64,000 nucleotides of DNA from an uncultured Pseudomonadota bacterium (GCA_963770835.1 CAVYRH010000026.1:704001-768000), one strand, 5' to 3'. Shown: positions 11,805 through 22,997, numbered from the stretch's first letter. A program made the numbers and translations. Notes: generated from the letters alone by a model not told the origin.

Positions 11805-14800
11805 ATGAATTTAACCGGTTTAATAAAATCCAAAGAGTTCTTATCTTTTGGCTTGGCCATGGGTTTATTGGTTTTGGCTTTTTTCCCAAACCGAGCCTGG
11901 GCCCAATGTACTCCCACATCCGCCACTCTCTGCGTTTCCAGCGACGATTATTCGGACGCTTACGTGGGTGGAACGCTGATCGGCAACTTCCCCTACGCGG
12001 GCGCACCTGGAACGGGCGGCGCGGGTAATCCAACCTGCATGACCGTGTCGACAGCGCTTTTAACCGGCTCGCAGGTCTGTCTGGCTATTTACACACAAAA
12101 CACCGCTCCCCAGGATACCTTTTCTTCCTGGGACCTGGACATCACCTGCTCGGGCGGCACCCATTCGGAGATCACGAGTGGCAGCGGGGGACTCTCCGTA
12201 GATTATTTCCCGAATGGTTGTAATCCCTGCGGTCCTCCCGCCAATGACGGTTCCGGTAACGCCTGGTACAGCACCGCTTACACGGATTCGGGCGGGCTTT
12301 TCAGCACTTCCTATTGCTCCGGTGGAGTGACGGCTTCCACTTGGGCTAGCGCTTTGTACAACCCCGTCACCGGCCAAAGGCTCCCCTTTATTGCCAATAA
12401 TTGTTCGGGGGACTATGGAACCTCCACCGGCGCTCTCTTTTGGCGACAATGCGTACCTATTCCCACTCCCGCTCCAACGATCGGGCCACCCAATTTCACC
12501 ATCACCAAGGCCCAGGCTGGAGCTCCGGTTACTAATTCACCCAACAGCGGCGATTTGACGATCGATTACACCATTACGATCTGCAATTCGGGCGGGCCCG
12601 TTACCAATGGAGGGGTCACTGTCACCGACAACATGCTGGTTAATGCATCGTCTTGCAATGGTTTCCAATTTTCCTGTTTCGGTTACGGGGATGCAAACGA
12701 ACCCTATACCATCTGTTATTACTCCCCGTCTAACGCACAGGCCAATGAGCCGACCGCCAACAGTAATAGCTTGATATTTCCTAGCTTCCCCGGCAGCGCC
12801 TGCGCCACAATCACGGCACAATTGATCGATTATTATGACCCCGTCCCGAACTGTGGATTGACAGTGGTGGACCAAGCCGCATTGACGTGGCCGTCCAACA
12901 GCAAAAACTCCGGCTCAGTCACCTATATCCAACTGTTGCCGACTCCGACTTTTACCTTTACCAATACACCAACTTTTACCTTTACTCCTACTCCCACTTT
13001 TACGCGGACCTTTACTCCCACGCCAACCAATACGCCAACCGTTGCTACACCTACTTTTACCCATACTCCCACTCCTACCAATACTTATACCAATACTCCG
13101 ACACGGACTTTCACGCCGACTAATACGTTCACCAATACTTTCACCAATACGCCCACTAACACGAACACCCCCACGCCTACCCCGACGAAGACCCCCACTC
13201 CCACTTCCACTAATACTCCGACCCCCACTAACACAGTGGCGAATACCCCAACCCCCACCAATACACCCACCAAGACCCCCACCAACACCTTCACCCCTAC
13301 TGTCACCCCCACGAATACCCCAACAAGGACACCCACGGCCACGCCCACTAACACCTTGATAAATACACCGACACCCACCAACACCCCCACCAATACCCTA
13401 ACGAAGACCTCCACCAATACCCCGACCAACACCCCTACACCCACCAACACTCCCACGGCGACGCCCACCAATACCTTCGTGAACACGCCGACACCCACCA
13501 ACACACCCACCAAAACGCCGACGAATACACCCACCAACACCCCAACCAACACCTTTACGCCTACCAACACACCCACCAATACCGCCACCGCCACTCCCAC
13601 TAATACCTTCATCAATTCACCCACGCCCACCAATACGCCCACCAAAACCCCAACAGCTACGCCTACCGCCACCCCGACGAACACCTTCACTCCCACGGCC
13701 ACCCCGACCAATACCGCCACCGCCACTCCCACTAATACCTTCATTAATTCTCCCACGCCAACCAATACCCCCACCGTGACAGCCACCTACACCCCAACCA
13801 ACACGCCCACCTTGACCGATACCTTTACCCCCACCCGAACAGTTACGAATACCGCCACCAATACCCCCACCGCCACGCCCAGCAACACCTACACTCCCTC
13901 GAACACACCCACCAATACCGCCACCGCCACTCCCACCGATACCTTCGTGAACACGCCCACCCCAACCAATACCCCCACCGACACCAACACTTCAACGCCC
14001 ACCGCCACTGCGACCAATACCCCCACAGTGACGGCTACCTTTACGCCGACCAATACGCCCACTAGTACGAATACTTACACCCCCACGGCCACGCCCACGG
14101 ATACCCCCACCCCCACCCCGACGGATACGCTGGCCAACACCGCCACGAATACGGCCACCAAGACCCCCACCGCCACACCCACTAACACGAACACTTCAAC
14201 GCCCACGGCCACACTGACCAATACCCCCACGGTAACGGCCACCTATACGCCGACCAACACCACTACCAATACCAGTACTTCCACCCCCACGGCCTCCCCG
14301 ACCAATACACCTACAATGACCGATACCTTCACGCCGACGAATACGGCCACCAACACGAGGACCAACACCCCCACCCTGACGGCCACCAATACCCCCACCC
14401 TGACCGCGACCTGGACCCCTACCCTCACCCCCACGCCCACTCCGCCGCTGAATGTGACCTTCCAGAAGCAGGTAGTCCCCACGACGGCCCAGTCCGGGAG
14501 CATTTTGAGCTATACCTTGCAGATCAATGTCACTTCGAACTCGGCCAACGGGGTGGTGGTGACGGACACCCTGCCGGCCAACGTGTCGTTCGTGGCTTTT
14601 GGTTCAGCGCCCTCTGGAACGACGACTTCCTTTATCCCCGCCACGTCGCAGTTGAGCTGGACGCTTCCGGCCAGCCTCGCGCCGGGGAACTACCAGTTGT
14701 CCTACCAGACGAAGGTGAATAACTTTGTGGCAGCGGGGACACCGGTGGTCAACGGGGCCCAGCTGACCTACCCGGGTCTGTCGGCGCCATTGAACAGCAG

Positions 14801-15740
14801 CGTGTTGGTGGCCATCATCGGGCAGTACACGGTAAGGATCGATGTTTATAACGAAGCGGGAGAAGTGGTGAAGCAGATCTATACCCAGCAGCTTTCCCAA
14901 CCGATCAACAACATTGCCATTGAGTCAAGCGATTCCATCACCAGCCTGCATGGTGCGGATAACGCGGTGACGGTGTATTACCAGGGCATTGCCATCGCGA
15001 CCTGGAATGGGACAACTTCCAACGGCGATCCGGCCTCCAACGGGGTCTATTACATCAAGGTGGACAATATCGACAGTTCGGGAACGGTGAACAGCACGAC
15101 CCAGCAGGTGACGGTGAGCCGGTCACTGGCGACGTCGACGATCCTCATCTACAACGAAGCGGGGGAGGAAGTGAAGAACCTGGTGACTTATTACGATGAT
15201 CCGGGCCAGGCGACGATATTGGGGGTGCAATTGTCCAGCGCGGTGATCGAGCCGGGAGGGCAAGGGGGCGGGGTGCCCAACCAGTTGAAAATCATCTTGA
15301 GTAGCGGAACAACAGTGGTGTGGGATGGCACGGGCAACAACGGGTCCTACGTGCAAAGCGGGCAATATTTCCTGGAAGTGCATACAACGAACGGAAACGG
15401 CAGTGAAACCACCGTGATCAAGCAGGTATCGGTGGATGGGCGCTCCACGGGAAGCGGGATGGGGGTGGTATCGGCGGTGCCGAACCTCCTGGGACGGGGC
15501 TCGTCGGTGGTGACCTTTCACAATAACTCCGCAATGGGCTTGTTGTTGAGGGTAAGCCTTTATGCGGTCGACGGTGAATTAATCGGACCGCCGGTTACGG
15601 GGGACAACGGGGCCAATCCGCCCCAATTGAACACCAGCGGTTTAGCCAGCGGCCTCTATCTCGCGGTGGTGGAGCTACAAAATGCCGCCAACGGCGGCCT
15701 CCTGGGCCGCCAGACTGTCAAAATCGTGGTCATCCACTAA
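11805..15740 (+). CDS. Secreted Thr/Pro-rich surface protein: signal peptide, Cys-rich N-terminal domain, ~500-aa T-x-T-P stalk, DUF11-like Ig domain, three FlgD-like/CTD domains
   Basis: [15 protein letters not shown]11-like [18 protein letters not shown]...[14 protein letters not shown]; repeated YNEAGE...W(N/D)GT...G.Y; ends KIVVIH. Confidence 0.85.
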   Translation: MNLTGLIKSKEFLSFGLAMGLLVLAFFPNRAWAQCTPTSATLCVSSDDYSDAYVGGTLIGNFPYAGAPGTGGAGNPTCMTVSTALLTGSQVCLAIYTQNTAPQDTFSSWDLDITCSGGTHSEITSGSGGLSVDYFPNGCNPCGPPANDGSGNAWYSTAYTDSGGLFSTSYCSGGVTASTWASALYNPVTGQRLPFIANNCSGDYGTSTGALFWRQCVPIPTPAPTIGPPNFTITKAQAGAPVTNSPNSGDLTIDYTITICNSGGPVTNGGVTVTDNMLVNASSCNGFQFSCFGYGDANEPYTICYYSPSNAQANEPTANSNSLIFPSFPGSACATITAQLIDYYDPVPNCGLTVVDQAALTWPSNSKNSGSVTYIQLLPTPTFTFTNTPTFTFTPTPTFTRTFTPTPTNTPTVATPTFTHTPTPTNTYTNTPTRTFTPTNTFTNTFTNTPTNTNTPTPTPTKTPTPTSTNTPTPTNTVANTPTPTNTPTKTPTNTFTPTVTPTNTPTRTPTATPTNTLINTPTPTNTPTNTLTKTSTNTPTNTPTPTNTPTATPTNTFVNTPTPTNTPTKTPTNTPTNTPTNTFTPTNTPTNTATATPTNTFINSPTPTNTPTKTPTATPTATPTNTFTPTATPTNTATATPTNTFINSPTPTNTPTVTATYTPTNTPTLTDTFTPTRTVTNTATNTPTATPSNTYTPSNTPTNTATATPTDTFVNTPTPTNTPTDTNTSTPTATATNTPTVTATFTPTNTPTSTNTYTPTATPTDTPTPTPTDTLANTATNTATKTPTATPTNTNTSTPTATLTNTPTVTATYTPTNTTTNTSTSTPTASPTNTPTMTDTFTPTNTATNTRTNTPTLTATNTPTLTATWTPTLTPTPTPPLNVTFQKQVVPTTAQSGSILSYTLQINVTSNSANGVVVTDTLPANVSFVAFGSAPSGTTTSFIPATSQLSWTLPASLAPGNYQLSYQTKVNNFVAAGTPVVNGAQLTYPGLSAPLNSSVLVAIIGQYTVRIDVYNEAGEVVKQIYTQQLSQPINNIAIESSDSITSLHGADNAVTVYYQGIAIATWNGTTSNGDPASNGVYYIKVDNIDSSGTVNSTTQQVTVSRSLATSTILIYNEAGEEVKNLVTYYDDPGQATILGVQLSSAVIEPGGQGGGVPNQLKIILSSGTTVVWDGTGNNGSYVQSGQYFLEVHTTNGNGSETTVIKQVSVDGRSTGSGMGVVSAVPNLLGRGSSVVTFHNNSAMGLLLRVSLYAVDGELIGPPVTGDNGANPPQLNTSGLASGLYLAVVELQNAANGGLLGRQTVKIVVIH

Positions 15741-15817
15741 ACCGACTTATAGTTTATCCGGGTTCCGATTTTTTTCTTCCTTGTCGAAGAGACAAGACTT
15801 TAAAGAAACTAACCATC

Positions 15818-15860
15818 AACAGCCCGCAAGAGTCTTGAAAAATCTTGGTGGGCTGCTGTT
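15818..15860 (+). terminator. Stem-loop downstream of the Thr-rich gene, possible terminator
   Basis: cagcccgcaaga...tcttggtgggctg imperfect inverted repeat; no strong U tract. Confidence 0.35.
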
Positions 15861-15984
15861 CGGACCATCAAAATGGTTTATTGTTGTGATCTCCTCATCC
15901 TGGTTTCAAAACAAATCCACACCCCCTCGTTGTTTTCGTTAAAATTTTAGTAAAATATCAATTGGAAAAATTTCCTGTCTTCGC

Positions 15985-15997
15985 GGTAAACGATTCC
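15985..15997. promoter_or_regulatory. Candidate LacI-family operator (autoregulatory)
   Basis: GGTAAACGATTCC with central CG upstream of the LacI gene; the same GGTAAACG half-site recurs at 17171-17178 on the minus strand. Confidence 0.35.
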
Positions 15998-16070
15998 TTT
16001 CGTTTCCGCCCCAATCGTAAAAGCGCGAAAGCCTTTACCGGCTTTTTAAATCAACGGCACGGAGCCATAA

Positions 16071-17096
16071 ATGGGTTCGAATCCAACTATCAAAGATGTT
16101 GCCAAAAAAGCGGGGGTTTCTATTACCACGGTTTCCTTTGTTTTGAATAACCGGTCGGACGTTGTTATCAGCGAACGGGTCAAAAAACGTGTTTTAAGAG
16201 TGGCCCGGGAGATGGATTATCATCCAAGCGCCATGGCTGCGGGACTGGCGGGGCGGCGCACCCGCAACCTCGGCGTCGTCTTCTACCTGGAAGATAAGAT
16301 CATTTCCAATCAGTTTTACTCTTTCGTCGTCGAAGGGATCGTGAAAGAAACAATTGGAAAGAATTTCAATCTTTTTTTTTCTTATATCGATTCGGCTTAT
16401 AGCGGCTATCAAAGCCTTCCCAAAATCATTCGGGAGAAAAACGTGGATGGGGTGCTTTTGATCGGTCGAAGCGAACCCCGGATGGTGGGCGATATCAAGG
16501 ATCGCCGCATTCCAGTCGTGGCGGTTGACAATTATCCTGCCCTCAAGGGAATCGACACAATTCAAATGGACAACCGGCAAGGTGCAATGCTCGCCACGGA
16601 ACATTTGATCCAGCTGGGACATAAAAATATCGGTTTTTTAACCGTTTCCGGTGGTCGTCCCAGCTTGGAAGAACGCAAAGAGGGTTGGCGTGCCGCTCAC
16701 GTTAAAAATAATTTGACCGCCAACAAGGATTACATTTTTGAAAGCGATTCCCTGACCTTTTTCGAAAGCTACGAGAAGTCCATAGGAATCCTGAAAAAGC
16801 AAAAGAGAATGACGGCTCTTTTTTGTGCCAACGACGAAATGGCGGCAGGCGCCCTGAGGGCGGCCCACGAAGTGGGGCGTTCCGTTCCGGGTGACATGAG
16901 TTTGGTGGGCTTCGACAACATCACCATGAGCAGTTATACTGCGCCTCCCCTCACCACTGTCAGCGTGGCCAAGGAATATATGGGGAAAATGGCGGTCGAC
17001 CGTATCCTGGAATTGGTTGAAAACAAGGAATTGACGCCAAAGCGCCTGGAAGTGCCGGTGGAACTTATTGTCCGGCAATCCACGGCCAAATGCTAA
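16071..17096 (+). CDS. LacI-family transcriptional regulator
   Basis: TIKDVAKKAGVSITTVSFVLN HTH; ANDEMAAG, GFDNI, PPLTTV sugar-binding domain motifs. Confidence 0.95.
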   Translation: MGSNPTIKDVAKKAGVSITTVSFVLNNRSDVVISERVKKRVLRVAREMDYHPSAMAAGLAGRRTRNLGVVFYLEDKIISNQFYSFVVEGIVKETIGKNFNLFFSYIDSAYSGYQSLPKIIREKNVDGVLLIGRSEPRMVGDIKDRRIPVVAVDNYPALKGIDTIQMDNRQGAMLATEHLIQLGHKNIGFLTVSGGRPSLEERKEGWRAAHVKNNLTANKDYIFESDSLTFFESYEKSIGILKKQKRMTALFCANDEMAAGALRAAHEVGRSVPGDMSLVGFDNITMSSYTAPPLTTVSVAKEYMGKMAVDRILELVENKELTPKRLEVPVELIVRQSTAKC

Positions 17097-17165
17097 AACG
17101 GCCATTGAAACATCGAAGATTTATCCCGGAAAAACGGATCGATTTATTCGCCTGGATTTCGTGAT

Positions 17166-17178
17166 TGCAGCGTTTACC
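17166..17178. promoter_or_regulatory. Candidate LacI-family operator upstream of DUF4912-GH57
   Basis: TGCAGCGTTTACC (reverse complement GGTAAACGCTGCA). Confidence 0.3.
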
Positions 17179-17309
17179 CAGTTTGCTGCGAAATTAACCC
17201 TCCTGAAATATCTTCAAAAAACTAAGGAAGATCATATTCCGTCCTTGCCATTGGGGTTTAAAAAAAGGAAGATAAAAGATCCTTATTCCAGAATGGACGG
17301 GAGGATTTC

Positions 17310-18041
17310 ATGCCTCGGAAGAAAAAAGTAGATACCGTGTCGACTGCCCCGAAAGCTCCTCCCAAAGCCAAACCGACAGCCAAAGCTAAGACCGCTCCCA
17401 AGATGCCACGAGCGACCACCAAGAAAATCAATCCACCTAAAACGCCCAAGGCCGTCCGGGTTCCAAAAGCGCTATCGGCTTCTAAGACAAGTTCCGAATG
17501 GAAAAAGCCTCCCCGCCAGGGAGAAACCCAAATGGTGGCCTTTATCCGGGACCCCCATTGCATTTTCACTTATTGGGAAGTCACTCCTCAAAGCATCGAG
17601 GAGGTGAAGAAACAATTGATGGGGGAATATAAGGAAAGCGCCATGGTTTTGCGGGTTTTTCGCACCGGGTCTGATGGACAAGCTGAATTAATCCAGGAGA
17701 TTCGCGTGGAACCAAGTGAGATGAACCGTTATGTTGAATTGAAGGAAGGGACATCGGGCAGTTATTTCATCGAGATCGCGCAAAAGGCCGTTTCCGGCCG
17801 AATTGTGGTTTACGCCCGGTCCAACAAAGTGATGACAGGCGCCTCCATGGGGTCCCAGGACGGCCCGCTGAATACTTCCGCTGCCCATTGGGAGACCCCG
17901 ACGGGTCTTTTAGAGTATTTTTCCGAGGTGGAAGAAACCGTTGATCCCATGCCCCTTCGGGGCCTATCCTCCACGGAAGCCCACCGGAAGGCCTTGCTGA
18001 GAAAGCAAATGGGCCGCTATTCCGCCTCCAGGATGGGCTGA
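17310..18041 (+). CDS. DUF4912 domain protein with Lys/Pro/Ala-rich N-terminal tail
   Basis: GETQMVAFIRDPHCIFTYWEV and ARSN motifs; GGAGG RBS; adjacent to GH57. Confidence 0.8.
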   Translation: MPRKKKVDTVSTAPKAPPKAKPTAKAKTAPKMPRATTKKINPPKTPKAVRVPKALSASKTSSEWKKPPRQGETQMVAFIRDPHCIFTYWEVTPQSIEEVKKQLMGEYKESAMVLRVFRTGSDGQAELIQEIRVEPSEMNRYVELKEGTSGSYFIEIAQKAVSGRIVVYARSNKVMTGASMGSQDGPLNTSAAHWETPTGLLEYFSEVEETVDPMPLRGLSSTEAHRKALLRKQMGRYSASRMG

Positions 18042-18088
18042 CGGCCCGAAAGAACAAAAATTCAGCTTGTTGATCAAGAAGGTTTCAT

Positions 18089-19720
18089 TTGTCCGATGCT
18101 TCCAGCGACATCGCCTCCCAACATTCTTCCCCACGCGGATACATTTCCCTAGTCCTCCATTGCCATCTTCCCTTCGTAAGGCATCCTGAGTACGAGCATT
18201 TTTTGGAAGAAAATTGGTATTACGAGGCGCTTTTCGAAACTTATCTTCCGCTCTTGGCTGTCTTCGAGGAATTGTCCCGAAAAGGAATTCCTTTTCGGAT
18301 GACCCTTTCGGTTTCCCCCACTTTCTTATCGATGTGCCTAGATCCGCTGCTTCAAAAAAGAGCAGTGCGTTATGTGGATCAACTCATCGGTTTGGCGCAT
18401 AAGGAAGAGAAAAGAATCCAGTCCTTCCCCGAATTTCGGCCGGCACTCCAAATGTACCTTGAAAAATTGGAGCGTTACCGGCGGGATTTTTTGGAAAACC
18501 ACCACTGCAACGTGGCTGAGGGTTTCAGGAAATTCCAGGATTCAGGGCAATTGGAAATCATTACTTGCGCCGCCACCCACGGCTTCCTACCGCTTTTGGG
18601 TGTGCGGGAAGCGGCGGTACGGGGACAAGTGGACGCGGCCCTTCGGCTGCATGAATCTTTTTTTGGGCGGAAACCCGCCGGTTTCTGGCTGCCGGAGTGC
18701 GGTTACCAACCGGGACTGGACAGCTTGTTGGGGGAGTACGGCCTTAAGTATTTCTTCGTCGAAACCCATGGCCTCTTGGAGGCCCAACCGCGGCCCAAAT
18801 ACGGCACCTTCGCCCCTATCCGTTGCCCTTCCGGGTTGGCCGCCTTTGGAAGGGATATGGAGAGCTCCAAGCAGGTTTGGAGCTCTAAAGAAGGTTATCC
18901 GGGCGACCCCGATTACCGGGAGTTTTATCGGGACGTAGGATTCGACCTCACCGAAAACGAACTTCATCCTTATCTTCAACCCGAAGGAATCCGACGGTTT
19001 ACGGGGTTAAAATATTACCGTGTTACCGGGCCCAGCGACCAAAAGGAGCCTTACGATCCGGCCCGGGCCCGCCGAAAGGCGGAGTCCCACGCCGTCGACT
19101 TCCTTTCCAACCGGAGGAGACAGGTGGCACTTATCTCCAAATGGATGGACCGGCCACCACTAGTGACCTGTATGTACGACGCGGAACTTTTCGGCCATTG
19201 GTGGTATGAGGGGCCCGATTTTCTTTACTTCCTTTTCGAGAAGAACCATCAGGAAGGGGACGGCCTTTCCTTTACCACGCCTTCGCCTTATCTGGCCGAA
19301 TTCCCCGAAAACCAGCCCAGCCAGCCTGTTTTTTCCTCCTGGGGATTGGGGGGATACGCGGAGTTTTGGCTGAACGAAACCAATGACTGGCTTTACCCCC
19401 CGCTTAGCGAAGCCTGCGACGAAATGACCCGTTTGGCCGACCACTTCCAGTGGGAGAAAGGAACACCCGAAAGGGCGATTTGCCAGGCTGCCCGGGAACT
19501 TCTTTTGGCCCAGGCCAGCGACTGGGCTTTCATGTTGAAAACCGGAAACCACCGGACTTACGCGGAAAGGCGCTTTAAAACCCATCTGGCCCGTTTTCAG
19601 CGGCTTTCCCAGCAAATTCGGCGGCGCAAAATCGACGAAAATTTCCTCTCCGACCTGGAGGAAAGGGACAACCTTTTTCCCGAGATCAACCCTGGGGCCT
19701 ATAAAAGCACCTTCAAATAA
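18089..19720 (+). CDS. GH57 1,4-alpha-glucan branching enzyme (DUF1957 C-terminus)
   Basis: LHCHLPFVRHPE, ATHGFLP, GFWLPEC, YDAELFGHWWYEG, RELLLAQASDWAF. Confidence 0.93.
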   Translation: MSDASSDIASQHSSPRGYISLVLHCHLPFVRHPEYEHFLEENWYYEALFETYLPLLAVFEELSRKGIPFRMTLSVSPTFLSMCLDPLLQKRAVRYVDQLIGLAHKEEKRIQSFPEFRPALQMYLEKLERYRRDFLENHHCNVAEGFRKFQDSGQLEIITCAATHGFLPLLGVREAAVRGQVDAALRLHESFFGRKPAGFWLPECGYQPGLDSLLGEYGLKYFFVETHGLLEAQPRPKYGTFAPIRCPSGLAAFGRDMESSKQVWSSKEGYPGDPDYREFYRDVGFDLTENELHPYLQPEGIRRFTGLKYYRVTGPSDQKEPYDPARARRKAESHAVDFLSNRRRQVALISKWMDRPPLVTCMYDAELFGHWWYEGPDFLYFLFEKNHQEGDGLSFTTPSPYLAEFPENQPSQPVFSSWGLGGYAEFWLNETNDWLYPPLSEACDEMTRLADHFQWEKGTPERAICQAARELLLAQASDWAFMLKTGNHRTYAERRFKTHLARFQRLSQQIRRRKIDENFLSDLEERDNLFPEINPGAYKSTFK

Positions 19721-19763
19721 GCGGAAATATCTGCCCGCTGTCCCCATTCTTTCTTGAATTTTT

Positions 19764-19792
19764 TTGATTAAAAAACCTTCCACCGTTACAAT
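19764..19792 (+). promoter_or_regulatory. Sigma70-type promoter for the ROK kinase
   Basis: TTGATT-17 nt-TACAAT. Confidence 0.5.
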
Positions 19793-19852
19793 AACGCCGC
19801 TTCGAGCCTTTGAGGTTCCTAGGGAAAATTTCCGTATTCCTTTTCGGGAGGG

Positions 19853-20797
19853 TTGGTTTTGAAAACAGTTATTGGCGTGGATTTAGGCGGGACAAACATC
19901 GTATCCGCCGTGGTGGATGAAAAAGGAAAAGTCCTGGGTAAAGACAAGCGCAAGACCATGGCCTCCTTGGGCGCGGCTGAGGTCCTTGACCGCATTGCCG
20001 AAAGTATCCATGCCGCCAGCCAGGTCAGTGGGCAGCCCTGGAAATCCCATTTGGCGGTGGGAATCGGTTCACCGGGCCCACTGGACCCCTTTAAAGGCGT
20101 GGTAATTTATACCCCCAACTTAGGCTGGAAAAACGTACCTATCGTGTCCATTCTGAAGAAAAAATTGGGAAAAAAAGTCATTCTCGAGAACGACGCCAAC
20201 CTGGCCGCATTGGGTGAAAGCTGGATCGGAGCGGGCCGCGGTGAGAAGGTTGTTTTGTGTGTAACGCTCGGCACCGGCGTGGGAGGGGGACTTATCCTCG
20301 ACGGGAAGATTTTCCAAGGCGCCACCGGTGTTAGCAACCATATCGGCCATATCGTGGTGGATCCCAACGGCCCGAAAGCGCCTTACGGTAACAGCGGCAT
20401 CTTGGAGCAATATGTCTCCGCTACGGGGATCGTGCGCTTAGCCACCGAAGCGGGGTTGAGACCTCCCGCCGGTGAGCCTTTGGAGGCCCACAGTTTCCAA
20501 AAAATGGCGGAGGCCGGTAACCGGAAGGCGCTTCAAGTTTACGCGGAAGCAGGCCGTATGTTGGGGGTTGGATTGACCACTGCCATCCACCTGTTAAATC
20601 CCAGCATGGTTATTTTTAGCGGCGGGGTGGCGGGAGCAGGAGACTTATTGTTGAAACCCATGATGAAAGAACTTCAAAAGCGCTGTTTCAAAAGCCATTT
20701 AAAAGGTTTGAAATTCAGGATGGCAAAATTGGAGGATAACATGGGAGCCGTCGGCGCGGCACGGTTAGCCTGGCAATCACTGAAAAAAACCACTTAA
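19853..20797 (+). CDS. ROK-family sugar kinase (glucokinase-like)
   Basis: IGVDLGGT, GIGSPG, ENDANLAALGE, TLGTGVGGG; the usual Cys-rich Zn motif is absent (GPKAPYGNSG). Confidence 0.9.
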   Translation: MVLKTVIGVDLGGTNIVSAVVDEKGKVLGKDKRKTMASLGAAEVLDRIAESIHAASQVSGQPWKSHLAVGIGSPGPLDPFKGVVIYTPNLGWKNVPIVSILKKKLGKKVILENDANLAALGESWIGAGRGEKVVLCVTLGTGVGGGLILDGKIFQGATGVSNHIGHIVVDPNGPKAPYGNSGILEQYVSATGIVRLATEAGLRPPAGEPLEAHSFQKMAEAGNRKALQVYAEAGRMLGVGLTTAIHLLNPSMVIFSGGVAGAGDLLLKPMMKELQKRCFKSHLKGLKFRMAKLEDNMGAVGAARLAWQSLKKTT

Positions 20798-20844
20798 AAC
20801 AGCGAATTAAGACCTTTCCACCCCCCCTTTCCCAATAAAAAAAG

Positions 20845-20873
20845 TTGCACTTGAAGGGGGCTGTGCTTAGAAT
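20845..20873 (+). promoter_or_regulatory. Sigma70-type promoter
   Basis: TTGCAC-17 nt-TAGAAT with an upstream A tract. Confidence 0.6.
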
Positions 20874-20963
20874 ACCGGCTTTCAACGGCCTGGCGCTTGG
20901 GCGCTGGGCCGTTGTGTTGTTGAAATAGTGGTCGACCACTATTTTACTTTTAAGGAGGCTTTA

Positions 20964-21182
20964 ATGAAGCGTTTATTTGCCGCTTTGATGGTTGTGATGT
21001 TCATGGGCGTGACCGGCGTGGTTTTGGCGGATGATGCCACCATGTCCAGCACCCCGGCCGCTGCTGCTCCGGCCAAGGCTGAGAAGAAGGCCAAGAAGGC
21101 CAAGAAGGCGAAGAAAGCCAAGAAGGCCGCCGCTGCTGCGGATACTTCCGCCGCTCCTTCCACGACTCCGGCCGCCAAGTAA
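20964..21182 (+). CDS. Small secreted Lys/Ala-rich protein (acid-shock Asr-like composition)
   Basis: AAGGAGG RBS, signal peptide VLA|DD, five KKA repeats. Confidence 0.75.
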   Translation: MKRLFAALMVVMFMGVTGVVLADDATMSSTPAAAAPAKAEKKAKKAKKAKKAKKAAAAADTSAAPSTTPAAK

Positions 21183-21236
21183 TTACGGCGCCAAGTCAGC
21201 TGTGGTTTCAGGTTTCATGACCTGAAACTCCAAATC

Positions 21237-21271
21237 ATCGGGTGGATCGAAAGATCCACCCGATTTTTTTT
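21237..21271 (+). terminator. Rho-independent terminator
   Basis: ATCGGGTGGATC-GAAA-GATCCACCCGAT followed by a T run. Confidence 0.85.
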
Positions 21272-21308
21272 GCCCACAAGCTTTTGGCCTGATGAAATTC
21301 GGAAGCGA

Positions 21309-22997
21309 TCAGGAGTCGAATTCGTCGGTGACGGCCCCTTTGCTCGCGGAAGAAACCAATCGGACGTACTTGCCCAAAACTCCTTTGGGGTAAGGGTTGG
21401 GAATGGGTTTCCACTTAGACTTGCGTTTTTTCAATTCCGCAGCGCTAACGCGCAACTCTAACTTCTTTTTTGCCGCGTCGATGGTAATTTTATCCCCGTC
21501 CTTGATCAAGCCGATGGGGCCGCCCACCTGGGCCTCGGGGCAGATATGGCCCACCACCAGGCCGTGGGTTCCACCGCTAAACCTGCCGTCGGTAATAAGG
21601 CCCACTTTTTCCCCCAACCCCTGGCCCACCAGGGCCGCCGTGATAGCCAGCATTTCCCGCATTCCCGGCCCGCCCTTGGGGCCTTCGTATCGGATGACCA
21701 CCACGTCACCCGCCTTGATTTTCCTCTTTTGGATGGCCTCGAAAGCCGCTTCCTCTCCGTTGAAGACCCTGGCCGAGCCGGTATGGGTTATGACCTTTAA
21801 CCCTGAGATTTTTGCCACCGCGCCCTCCGGCGCCAGGTTGCCCTTCAAGATCACCATGGGGGCGGTGGGGTAGAGGGGTTTGTCCAGGGGGCTGATGATG
21901 GGCTGGTTCTTGGACAGGGGTGCGGCCAGCTTCAGGTTTTCCGCCACGGTCTTACCGGTCACGGTCAGGCAGTCGCCATGCAGCAACTTGGCGTCCAACA
22001 AGAGCTTCATCACCGAGGGGATGCCGCCGATGCGATCCAGGTCCGCCGCCACGTACTTTCCACTGGGCTTCAGGTCCGCCAGGTGGGGGACCTTCTTGCT
22101 GATGCGATCGAAATCCTCCAAGGTCAGCTTTACGCCGATGGACTTGGCGATGGCAATCAAGTGCAGGACGATGTTGGTGGAGCCACCCAGGGCAAAGCCC
22201 ACGGTGATGGCGTTCTCGAAGGCCTTCTTGGTCATGATGTCCTTGGGGCGGATGTCTTTCTTCAAAAGCTCCACAACAGCCTGGCCGGCCCGGTCGCAGA
22301 TGAGGCGCTTGGGTTCGCCCACGGCGGGCTGGCAGGAATCGTGTGGCAGGGCCATGCCCATGGCCTCGATGGCGGAAGCCATGGTATTGGCCGTGTACAT
22401 GCCGCCGCAGGAGCCAGGGCCGGGGATAGCGCTTTTTTCAATCTGTTCCAGCTTGTCGTGGCTGATCTTGTCGGAACTGTACTGTCCCACGGCCTCGAAG
22501 ACCGAGACGATGTCGATGTCCTTGCCGTCGCACTTGCCGGGCAGGATGGTGCCGCCGTAGACGAAGATGGCGGGGATGTTGAGGCGCCCCATGGCCATGA
22601 GGCAGCCGGGCAAGTTCTTGTCGCAGCCACCGATGGCCACCAGGCCGTCGAAGCGCTCGGCGTTGGACACCACCTCGATGGAATCGGCGATGACTTCCCG
22701 GGAAACCAGGGAAAACTTCATGCCCTCGTGGCCCATGGCGATGCCGTCGGAGACCGTGATGGTGCCGAATATCTGGCCGAAACCTTCCGCCGAAACCACG
22801 CCTCGTTTCACCCGCTCGGCCAACTCGTTGAGATGGACGTTACAAGGGGTCACTTCGCTCCAGGCCGAGGCCACGCCGATGATGGGCTTCTTGAAGTCCT
22901 CGTCCTTGAACCCCACTGCCCGCAGCATGGCACGGTTGGGGGCCCGTTTGTCCCCCTCGGTCATCATGGCGGATCGCTGATTGAGCTTGGTTTTCAT
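21309..22997 (-). CDS. ilvD: Dihydroxy-acid dehydratase
   Basis: [50 protein letters not shown]. Confidence 0.97.
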   Translation of the reverse strand: MKTKLNQRSAMMTEGDKRAPNRAMLRAVGFKDEDFKKPIIGVASAWSEVTPCNVHLNELAERVKRGVVSAEGFGQIFGTITVSDGIAMGHEGMKFSLVSREVIADSIEVVSNAERFDGLVAIGGCDKNLPGCLMAMGRLNIPAIFVYGGTILPGKCDGKDIDIVSVFEAVGQYSSDKISHDKLEQIEKSAIPGPGSCGGMYTANTMASAIEAMGMALPHDSCQPAVGEPKRLICDRAGQAVVELLKKDIRPKDIMTKKAFENAITVGFALGGSTNIVLHLIAIAKSIGVKLTLEDFDRISKKVPHLADLKPSGKYVAADLDRIGGIPSVMKLLLDAKLLHGDCLTVTGKTVAENLKLAAPLSKNQPIISPLDKPLYPTAPMVILKGNLAPEGAVAKISGLKVITHTGSARVFNGEEAAFEAIQKRKIKAGDVVVIRYEGPKGGPGMREMLAITAALVGQGLGEKVGLITDGRFSGGTHGLVVGHICPEAQVGGPIGLIKDGDKITIDAAKKKLELRVSAAELKKRKSKWKPIPNPYPKGVLGKYVRLVSSASKGAVTDEFDS

